From an uncultured Anaerolineae bacterium (GTDB lineage: Bacteria > Chloroflexota > Anaerolineae > Anaerolineales > Villigracilaceae), in assembly GCA_903910795.1 (NCBI GenBank), contig CAIWAX010000251.1, forward strand, positions 1-63,913: a DNA stretch of 63,913 bases, given 5' to 3'. How positions within the stretch are numbered: the stretch's first letter is position 1; every line of letters starts with the position of its first letter. The position numbers were made by a program, and so were the translations under genes. Under the pieces are notes generated by a model that searched no databases, was not told the DNA's origin, and saw nothing but the letters and a program-made list of their open reading frames with translations. This document shows, piece after piece, positions 54,595 through 61,639 of the stretch.

Positions 54595-54950
54595 AGCGTG
54601 GAGAGGTCCAATTCAAAGGGTTGCTGGCAGTGCGGGCAAATAAATTCGCGCCGGGTGCTGCCAGTTTCATTGATCTGGCGGTAAAACTCCTGCAGGTAAG
54701 TCAGGTCAGACGCGAACAGATTTTCGATCACGTTGGGGTTAATCGAAGCCAGGGTCCCCAAGCTGGTGATGACGCGCGCCAGCAGGACGATGACAATATA
54801 GGCATTATTGCTCTGCACGCGCATGTCGTTCAGGATGGTTATCTCATCCATGGCAGTTGCCAGGCGCATGCTGCCCTGCTTGTGCAAATTACCTTCCCTA
54901 TCCACAAAACCCATGGGCAGTTCAAACTCAAATTCTGTTTTTAGATTCAT
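54585..54950 (-). CDS. Tail-assembly-chaperone-like protein (Afp6 position), 0-frame product
   Basis: 121 aa from ATG 54950 (SD 'GGAGAG' 7 nt upstream): MNLKTEFEFELPMGFVDREGNLHKQGSMRLATAMDEI...CPHCQQPFELDLSTLGG. It sits between the tube genes and the tape-measure-like gene, as phage G/GT chaperones do. Confidence 0.6.
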   Translation of the reverse strand: MNLKTEFEFELPMGFVDREGNLHKQGSMRLATAMDEITILNDMRVQSNNAYIVIVLLARVITSLGTLASINPNVIENLFASDLTYLQEFYRQINETGSTRREFICPHCQQPFELDLSTLGG

Positions 54951-55000
54951 CACTTCTCTCCGTTCGACCTGCACAAACAGGCAAGCCTGATCACAACCTG

Positions 55001-55480
55001 CTAAGGCACGAATTCGATGGATTCAGCCTGGAAATATATTTCAAAATCGGTGTAGTTAACGCCCGTCCCATCTGGGCCAGCGATCCTTCCATTAAAGCTG
55101 AAACCATCCAGCTTGGTAGGCAATGCGTTAATCAGATTCCACCAGGCCACAGGGTTACCCTGACTATCGTTCATAGAGATTGAATAATTTTTGCGCTCGC
55201 ACTTTCCAAGGATCGCATCGGCCAGTAGCTTGTACATGCCCGCGCTGCTGGCGTCCACCGGCCGCAGAAGAGCCACCGGTTCGAAAGTAGTCTGGCCTGG
55301 CATAACGCGGGTGGTCACCATACCAAGTGCATCAATGACATTGTACGTGACCATCGAGATGCTTTGGTCGCCGCCCGTCAAAGCGTCAAACGAGGCCAGA
55401 AAGGGATTCCCGTTAGTAACTGTAAAATCATATAATGAAAATTGTGCGGACGGAGTTGGTTCATAGTTTAACGTTGACAT
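55001..55480 (-). CDS. Tail-tube family protein (second tube paralog)
   Basis: 159 aa, 'AQFSLYDFTVTNGN...FEPVALLRPVD...WWNLINALPTKLDGFSFNG...VNYTDFEIYFQAESIEFVP', a gp19-like pattern. Confidence 0.7.
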   Translation of the reverse strand: MSTLNYEPTPSAQFSLYDFTVTNGNPFLASFDALTGGDQSISMVTYNVIDALGMVTTRVMPGQTTFEPVALLRPVDASSAGMYKLLADAILGKCERKNYSISMNDSQGNPVAWWNLINALPTKLDGFSFNGRIAGPDGTGVNYTDFEIYFQAESIEFVP

Positions 55481-55500
55481 AAGAAACCATTCCTGTGATT

Positions 55501-55622
55501 ACGTACCCTGCGGGTCAGTCTTAACCGAAACAGGTCGCTGCAACGTACCCTGTGGGCTGAGCGGGCGAAGAACCTCCTGGCAAACTTTTCAGTCTGCCAG
55601 GAAATCCTACGTACCCTGTGGG
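55501..55622 (-). repeat. Three copies of the intergenic repeat ACGTACCCTG(T/C)GGG (plus-strand reading)
   Basis: Copies at 55501-55514, 55543-55556 and 55609-55622, in the 168-nt gap between the two tube genes. A 7-bp hairpin CCTGGCA...TGCCAGG lies between copies 2 and 3. Confidence 0.8.
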
Positions 55623-55648
55623 CTCGCCGCGCTCAAGGCGAATAAAAA

Positions 55649-56095
55649 TCAGCTTACTCTGACAACACCTTCGTGAACAATGGTCATATCTTCGACCATG
55701 TAGTCCACCGCGCCGGAATCCATATCCGGGCCAACCACTTTGCTCGGCCAGGCGTTTACAAAATTCCAGCGGGCAATTTCTTTTTGACTCTGATCGTAAG
55801 CCACGATCGAACAGTTGGTGCGGGCGGCGTCCACTTTGCCTTCCACAACCTTCTGGCGCCATTGCCAAATATCGATATTGCTGGTGACACCACGTTTGAG
55901 TGTGACCGGGGTCCAGCTCAGGCGGCCGGGGATTTGTTGAATGAGAGTTTCACCGGTTTTGTCATTTACGATTTTGTGCGCGATGACCTCGGTTTCGGAA
56001 CCGATGCCGCCCACATTGGTAAAAAAGCCGCTCAGTTTGCCTTCGAGTTCCAGGCCAAACTTAAATGCAACAAGGGGATTTTCTGGATCAGCCAT
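55649..56095 (-). CDS. Major tail-tube protein (T4 gp19-like, Afp1-like)
   Basis: 'LVAFKFGLELEGKLSGFFTNVGGIGSETEV...GRLSWTPVTLKRGVT...WNFVNAWPSKVVGPDMD' is the classic CIS tube signature. SD 'AAGGAG' upstream. Confidence 0.85.
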   Translation of the reverse strand: MADPENPLVAFKFGLELEGKLSGFFTNVGGIGSETEVIAHKIVNDKTGETLIQQIPGRLSWTPVTLKRGVTSNIDIWQWRQKVVEGKVDAARTNCSIVAYDQSQKEIARWNFVNAWPSKVVGPDMDSGAVDYMVEDMTIVHEGVVRVS

Positions 56096-56110
56096 TTTGT
56101 ACGCTCCTTA

Positions 56111-56160
56111 TAGTAATCCCGGCTTTAGTACGGGATAGTAATCCCGGCTTTAGCACGGGA
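56111..56160 (-). repeat. 2 x 25-nt tandem hairpin unit upstream of the tube gene
   Basis: tagtaatcccggctttagtacggga / tagtaatcccggctttagcacggga (24/25 identical). Each unit contains ATCCCG-N9-CGGGAT. About 80% identical to the tandem units at 63769-63818. Confidence 0.85.
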
Positions 56161-56177
56161 ATCAAGTATTCTTTAAT

Positions 56178-56201
56178 ACTGAACTTATCGGTACTTCCTA
56201 T
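56178..56201 (-). repeat. Dispersed 24-nt motif, copy 7 (degenerate: ATAGGAAGTACCGATAAGTTCAGT)
   Basis: 21/24 match to the consensus. Overlaps the sheath stop codon (56198-56200). Confidence 0.6.
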
Positions 56202-57859
56202 TCCGTTCCGGGCCCAGCCCACTGGCTGATGCGGAAGATGACAAATTCGGCAGGTTTGACCGGCGCCATGCCAATTTCAATATACAGGCGGCCCATATCA
56301 CGTGTTTCCGACGGGTTCAGTTCATCATCGATCTTGACATAGAAGGCATCCGAAGGAGCCGCGCCAAACAGGGCGCCATCCCGCCAGACAGTGCGCAGGA
56401 AGGAGGATACATCACGGTTGACACGCGCCCACAGCTTGCGATCATTCGGTTCGAACACGACCCACTGGGTACCGTTCTCGATCGATTTTTCAACAAAGTT
56501 GAACAGGCGGCGCACGTTAATGTAGCGCCAGGATGGGTTGCTGGAGAGGGTGCGCGCGCCCCAAACGCGGATGCCGCGGCCGGGGAAGGAACGCACACAG
56601 TTAATGCCGATCGGGTTGAGCGTATCCTGCTCGCCCTTGGTAGTCTGGTAGGACAGGCCTACTACGCCCTGCACCACTTCATTGGCAGGGGCCTTGTGAA
56701 CGCCGCGCGTATTATCGCTGCGCGCCCACACGCCTGCAATGTGACCGGAGCTCGGAATTTTGATAACCGTGTCAGTGGCTGGATCCATGACTTTGACCCA
56801 GGGGTAATACATGGCTGCATAGCTGCTATCGAAGCCGGTAACGTTCATGCGCCAGTTTTTGACTTCCTGGGGGGTCAGATCGGGCGGAGCATCCAGGATG
56901 GCCACGCGGTCACCCATGCGTTCGCAGTGCGCGATCATCATGGTTTGGACACCCTTGACCATATCCAGGTTGAGCTTCTCGCCAGGCATGGTGGTCATCA
57001 AATCGGGCACCACTACCATGGTAACATCATCCAACACTTCCAGACCTTCGACGCCCTTGCGTTCGCTGACATCACCGCGGAAATCGCTGGCAACGGGCGC
57101 TTCCAGCAGCTTCTTGTCAATCGAGAGGGTCTGCTCCTGTTCACGGGGAGTGGCTTTCTCGATGGAAGCAGCCTCGAGCACAATCAGCTCAATGAATTTG
57201 GGCAGCTTGTTGTTTTTGTAGGCCAGCACAACCTGTTTCTTGCCATCCACCAACGCGGTTTGAACCTTGACATCCGGGACGGTTTCGAGGGGTTTCCAGC
57301 CGCCATTGGTGGCTTCTTTTTCGACATACAGGGTGAATAACGGCTCACTGCTTACTTCAGTTGGTGCTTCAGCTTCCGGGGCGGCGCCTTCAGCGGGCGC
57401 AGCAGCACCCTTCTTCCCGGTCGCAGCCGGTGCTGGCAGAGCCAGGTTGCCCACGCGGGCGCGCAGCTTCATGCCATCCACGCCAGCCTGACGCGAACGT
57501 ACAGTCAAAGCGGGTTTGCCTGCCGCGTTGATCAAGGTGGCTTCGGCCTTCGGGAAAGTGCGCACGCTGACGACATAGCAGCGCGAACCGCCATTGGTGA
57601 AATAGCCATAAACAGCCTGGGGCAGGTTGATGCCAGGCACGAAGCCGCCAAAACGTTCAACGAACTGGGTCCAATTGGTCACCAGTTGGGGGCGGTTGAG
57701 CAGATCTTCCACCACCAGTTCGTTGTCAATTTCGCGGGTGTATTCGGCTTTTTCAGAAAAACCGACAAAAGCAGCCATGGCGGTACCAACGCCTTCAATT
57801 GGTTTTGGCCCACGGTCCACTTCTTCAACATAGACTCCGGGCGACAGATACTCTGGCAT
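56198..57859 (-). CDS. Contractile tail sheath protein (Afp2-4-like)
   Basis: 'MPEYLSPGVYVEEVDRGPKPIEGVGTAMAAFVGF' plus C-terminal 'YAAMYYPWVKV...GVHKAPAN...INCVRSFPGRGIRVWGARTL' are hallmark sheath motifs. SD 'AAGGAGG' upstream. Confidence 0.95.
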   Translation of the reverse strand: MPEYLSPGVYVEEVDRGPKPIEGVGTAMAAFVGFSEKAEYTREIDNELVVEDLLNRPQLVTNWTQFVERFGGFVPGINLPQAVYGYFTNGGSRCYVVSVRTFPKAEATLINAAGKPALTVRSRQAGVDGMKLRARVGNLALPAPAATGKKGAAAPAEGAAPEAEAPTEVSSEPLFTLYVEKEATNGGWKPLETVPDVKVQTALVDGKKQVVLAYKNNKLPKFIELIVLEAASIEKATPREQEQTLSIDKKLLEAPVASDFRGDVSERKGVEGLEVLDDVTMVVVPDLMTTMPGEKLNLDMVKGVQTMMIAHCERMGDRVAILDAPPDLTPQEVKNWRMNVTGFDSSYAAMYYPWVKVMDPATDTVIKIPSSGHIAGVWARSDNTRGVHKAPANEVVQGVVGLSYQTTKGEQDTLNPIGINCVRSFPGRGIRVWGARTLSSNPSWRYINVRRLFNFVEKSIENGTQWVVFEPNDRKLWARVNRDVSSFLRTVWRDGALFGAAPSDAFYVKIDDELNPSETRDMGRLYIEIGMAPVKPAEFVIFRISQWAGPGTE

Positions 57860-57927
57860 GTATTCCTCCTTACAAAAATATGAGAGACGACGGAAAGCTG
57901 TTCGATTAATAGATGGGTTGTACGGTT

Positions 57928-57973
57928 ATGTACCCTGTGGGTCAGATAAACTCCTTTCTACGTACCCTGTGGG
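57928..57973 (-). repeat. Two copies of the A(C/T)GTACCCTGTGGG repeat upstream of the sheath gene
   Basis: 57928-57941 (atgtaccctgtggg) and 57960-57973 (acgtaccctgtggg), in the 151-nt gap between the DUF4255 gene and the sheath gene. Confidence 0.8.
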
Positions 57974-58010
57974 TGGATTTTAGGTCAGGAATTCACAGTA
58001 TGCAAGCTTC

Positions 58011-58934
58011 TTATACCTGAATATCGTATCCATCAGGGGCTGGCACAAGAATTTTTTGACGTTTGAGAACCTTCTTGTTAAAAAGAATATCGATATGATA
58101 TTCTCCTTCCACAATTCCATGCAGTGCATAATTTCCCTGTGCGTCGATCTGGAGCGGCGCCTGTTTTTCCACCAAAATGGCGGAGAGGGTCGAGAGGTCA
58201 TATTTATCACTGCGAATCTTCCCGGTCGCGGCAAAATAAGATTTTGAGCTGGCTAGGGTAACCTCCACCTGGCTTTCCTGCCCGTCCGGGCCCTCTAGGT
58301 ATCCTGTGGGTGTGCTGGCAGCGGGCGGTCGGCCGTACGTAGCCTGTGGTTTGGATGTGTCCTGGAAGACGCTCAATTCGCGGGTACTGACCTTCTTGAC
58401 GGTGATCGGTTTGTAGGGGTCCATCGTGACGGTCACAATCACCATCACAGCCGGGCGCATTTCGTTATCCAGCACGCCCCACAGCTCTGAAAATTTATCC
58501 ATCGGGCCCTGTTCATTGGGGAAATTGGCTACTTCAATTGGTATTTGCGTGGGCTGGCTGCGCAAACTCTCTGGCAGGAGATCCTCTGGCACAAATGGAT
58601 TGCGAAACAGACCCATCAGCGCGTTGGAGAGCAGGATATGCTCATCTTCAGCCTCCTTGACCCAGGCGGTCAGCAAGTAGCGCAACGAGATGTGCACCGG
58701 GTTACGGTGGATATCGGCGCTGCCATCGTCGCGCGCGACGGTGCGATATTGTTCCGAACCGCGCAGACGCAGGTTCTCACGAATATCGAAGAGATACAGG
58801 TTTATGGTGGGCTTGCTCAAGCGTGATGACCATTCGCGTTTGGGCATGTCGAACTGAACATCGATCTCGTTGCCCTTAATATCGATCTCACGGATCAACA
58901 GCTTGCGCAGAACTTCATCCACATCCGCAATCAT
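58011..58934 (-). CDS. DUF4255 (Pvc16_N) tail terminator/cap protein (Afp16-like) with C-terminal CarboxypepD_reg-like beta-sandwich
   Basis: 'IADVDEVLRKLLIREI...VQFDMPKREWSSRLSKPTINLYLFDIRENLRLR' is the DUF4255 signature. C-terminal 'GNYALHGIVEGEYHIDILF'. Confidence 0.85.
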   Translation of the reverse strand: MIADVDEVLRKLLIREIDIKGNEIDVQFDMPKREWSSRLSKPTINLYLFDIRENLRLRGSEQYRTVARDDGSADIHRNPVHISLRYLLTAWVKEAEDEHILLSNALMGLFRNPFVPEDLLPESLRSQPTQIPIEVANFPNEQGPMDKFSELWGVLDNEMRPAVMVIVTVTMDPYKPITVKKVSTRELSVFQDTSKPQATYGRPPAASTPTGYLEGPDGQESQVEVTLASSKSYFAATGKIRSDKYDLSTLSAILVEKQAPLQIDAQGNYALHGIVEGEYHIDILFNKKVLKRQKILVPAPDGYDIQV

Positions 58935-59208
58935 GGTTTACCAGCTTCCTTGTCTGGTGTGCTCATGGTTCATCCCATTCACTGTCGTCTTTAGCATTTT
59001 CGGTTTCAGGATCGTCTTGCATGGCTTCGCGTCTTCCGAGCTTTGGGTCCAGACTTGGGATTAGTCTGCTGTGGATTTTTTCCACATGTTTCAGCGGCAG
59101 ACCTTTCTTTACTATTCACTCAGGCTCAAACCACTTCCAAACTGGTTCGGTGCCTTGAGTGCCGGCGGCAGGTTAGAGGGGTAACTCGTCAGGCAGCTCG
59201 TCAAAATC

Positions 59209-61617
59209 TCAAATTAGTTTTTCATCATCCGTTGGTACCTTTTCTTCTTCTTTCACTTCTTCCTTTGGCGCCTTGTCTTCCTCTTTCACTTCTTCCTTTG
59301 GCGCCTTGTCTTCCTCTTTTATTTCTTCCTTTGTATTCGTTGAATTGCCAGTCTGTATTGGAATCGTTGAAATGTCAGGCTCTATTGGGTCATTTGACTT
59401 GTTAGTCTGGACTTGATCCGTTAAAGTCGGCGACGGGGTTTTGGGCAGAGATGGCATCGTCATAGGCTTGGGCAGGTTTTTTGGCTTGGGCCAGGAGCTC
59501 TTCGGCTTGGGGGACAGCGGTTTCCTTGGTTTGGGTGGAATCGTTGGTAATTTGCGCTTGTCTTTGGCGTTGGCCTTTTTCATCATCAAGTCATGGGCCA
59601 TTTTCGGATTGGAGTAAATGCCAGATTCTGGAGCATCCTTCGAGTTGGCTTGTTTCACCATTAAATCGTGATTGCCCTTCGCGTTGGCCCGTTTCATCAT
59701 TACGTCATGCGCCGTTTTCGGATTGGAGTACATATCTGACTCGGGCGCATCCTTCGCGTTGGCCTGCGTTTTCATCTGGGTAAAGGCTGTCTGTGCGCCT
59801 TCCGCCTCTTTGTCACGTTTATCTTTTTCTCGCTTTGACACCATCTCGTCAGTTTCGGGCGGCACCCAGCGCTTGTCTTCCTTGGGTTTGGGTTGGAGCC
59901 CGGGTTTATATTTTTTCTGGTTCTCTTCAAACCTGGCTTCTGAACCCGTGGAAGTAACGCCTTCGCCTTTTTTCGGTGCGTCGTGCCCTTCTTTCTTGGG
60001 CGCGTCGTGCCCTTCTTTCTTGGGTGCATCGTGTCCCGTGGTGGAACCTTCTTCAGACTTGGAGCCACCCGACTTGGAAATTTGGGCTTTCAGATTCTCA
60101 TTTTCCTTCATCACGTCAAAAAGCTTTTTGTAAACGTCACCGCCACCGCCACCGCCGCCACCGACGTCCTTGCCGCCATGCTCGCCGCCACCTTCGTGAC
60201 CAGTGCCCTCTTTACCGCCACCTTCCTTGCCGCCATGAGCGTCCTCTTTTCCGCCTTCTTTTTCTTCAGGTTTCTTGCCCAGGAAGTGGTCCTTATATTC
60301 GCTGCCAAGCTGCTTGCCCTGTTCTTTCACGGCTCCGCCCACAGCACCACCAATCTTCCCCAGCAGGCCGCCCAGGGCGCCCTTAATCTTGGATCCGGTC
60401 GAATTCTTTTTGCGCTCTTCCTTCTCAGCCATCATGGTTTTAAAGGCGTTATCATCGCCGCCCTTGGCGGAAGCCTCCAGGTTTTTCTTGCGGGCTGACA
60501 TGGCTTGCTTGGCATAGCTGCGGCCATCCTTGCCGCGCGTCAGCTTGGCTTTAAGGGTTTCCATTTTTCCGCGCTTGTGTAGAACATTCAGTTTCTGCTG
60601 AGCCAGCTTGGCATCTTCCGTGCTGGTGGATGGATCCTTGAGCTTGGCCATCAGCGCTTCGCGGGAATTGTTGACATTGTTCTTTTTCGATTCTTCCTTA
60701 TAGGAAGAATGCAGATCCTGGGCTCGATCCTTTTCCTTCTCGTTCCGCTCGGAGACGTCTGTTTTCTTGAGGTTCGCCAGAGCCTCCATCGGGTTGCTGC
60801 CCAATGATTTGGTTTTTATAGGTTCAGATGGCTTGCCAGTTCCAAGTTTCGGAGCTGGCCCGATGGGCGGGGCGGGAATAGGGGCGGGAGCCTTTTTCTT
60901 TTTGAACTTATCCAGGAATCCCGTCGACAATCTCTGGATGGTGCCACCGGCATGTAGCTGGCGTTGGACAGCTTTGCCAGCCCCCGCAGCGGCCCTGGCG
61001 GTAGGATTGGCGGCGCCTTTGCTCTTGCTGACCTTTTCCGCTTCCTTTTCCATGGCAGTGTCCGGCGCGCCCAGCTTCAGTTGCGCGCTGCCACCCTGGC
61101 TGCCCGACTGCTGGGCAACATGTGTCAATTCATGCATCAGGGTTTCGCGGCCCTGGCTGGTACCCGGTTCGAAGACACCCTCTTTAAAGAAGATGTCCGA
61201 ACCAATCGTAAAGGCGCGCGCGCTGATCGACCGGTTCAACTGGTCGGCTTTGGCATCCGTATGCACACGCACATCCGAAAAACTGCGTCCCATCTTCTGC
61301 CCGACTTCCTTGCGGATATTGCCAGGCAGAGGGCTGCCGCTGCCGCGTTTTTGCTGGATTTGCTGCGCGAGATCCTTGCGCAAATTTCCCTGTTGGTCGG
61401 CAGCTTGATCGCTGTGCTGATGGGAATCCAGCGCGCGCTGCACCACCTGGTTGCCCACCTGCTTCTGCGCCCCAATCACATCCTCGGATCGCATGGTTTC
61501 GGGGGCCTGCATCAACTGCGCCGGGTTCAGGCTGGCTTTTTGCTTATGCTCTGTTTTGGCTGACTTGATGACGGCCTTGGCCGGGCTGCTTTGGTGAGAT
61601 TTTTGCATATTAGACAT
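59209..61617 (-). CDS. DUF4157-domain protein (HExxH metallopeptidase-like) with long Lys/Glu/Gly-rich repetitive tail: candidate CIS cargo/effector
   Basis: 'GSPLPGNIRKEVGQKMGRSFSDVRVHTDAKADQLNRSISARAFTIGSDIFFKEG...ETLMHELTHVAQQ' is the DUF4157 core. Downstream repeats include 'GHDAPKKE' x3, 'KEEVKEEDKAP' x2 and 'ANAKDAPESxxYSNPKxAHDxMMK' x2. Confidence 0.8.
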   Translation of the reverse strand: MSNMQKSHQSSPAKAVIKSAKTEHKQKASLNPAQLMQAPETMRSEDVIGAQKQVGNQVVQRALDSHQHSDQAADQQGNLRKDLAQQIQQKRGSGSPLPGNIRKEVGQKMGRSFSDVRVHTDAKADQLNRSISARAFTIGSDIFFKEGVFEPGTSQGRETLMHELTHVAQQSGSQGGSAQLKLGAPDTAMEKEAEKVSKSKGAANPTARAAAGAGKAVQRQLHAGGTIQRLSTGFLDKFKKKKAPAPIPAPPIGPAPKLGTGKPSEPIKTKSLGSNPMEALANLKKTDVSERNEKEKDRAQDLHSSYKEESKKNNVNNSREALMAKLKDPSTSTEDAKLAQQKLNVLHKRGKMETLKAKLTRGKDGRSYAKQAMSARKKNLEASAKGGDDNAFKTMMAEKEERKKNSTGSKIKGALGGLLGKIGGAVGGAVKEQGKQLGSEYKDHFLGKKPEEKEGGKEDAHGGKEGGGKEGTGHEGGGEHGGKDVGGGGGGGGDVYKKLFDVMKENENLKAQISKSGGSKSEEGSTTGHDAPKKEGHDAPKKEGHDAPKKGEGVTSTGSEARFEENQKKYKPGLQPKPKEDKRWVPPETDEMVSKREKDKRDKEAEGAQTAFTQMKTQANAKDAPESDMYSNPKTAHDVMMKRANAKGNHDLMVKQANSKDAPESGIYSNPKMAHDLMMKKANAKDKRKLPTIPPKPRKPLSPKPKSSWPKPKNLPKPMTMPSLPKTPSPTLTDQVQTNKSNDPIEPDISTIPIQTGNSTNTKEEIKEEDKAPKEEVKEEDKAPKEEVKEEEKVPTDDEKLI

Positions 61618-61639
61618 ATAAGCTCTCCATTGTCAACTA

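Noticed and set aside
54449-54670. 73-aa ORF in the +1 frame across the chaperone / G7 region.
   Set aside because: Its translation (…PRWGGNRLPSGTAPPGGSLYRLLFSLAAGG…) looks non-coding. The -1 frame gives the ordered, hydrophobic-periodic peptide and ends right before the next start.
58935-59208. Possible small ORFs on the minus strand in the 274-nt gap between the DUF4157 and DUF4255 genes. Examples are a 41-codon GTG-initiated frame ending ...MQDDPETENAKDDSEWDEP and an 11-codon ATG ORF overlapping the DUF4255 start.
   Set aside because: They are short, acidic and low-complexity, with no clear SD and nothing to compare against. This is not enough evidence to call a gene.
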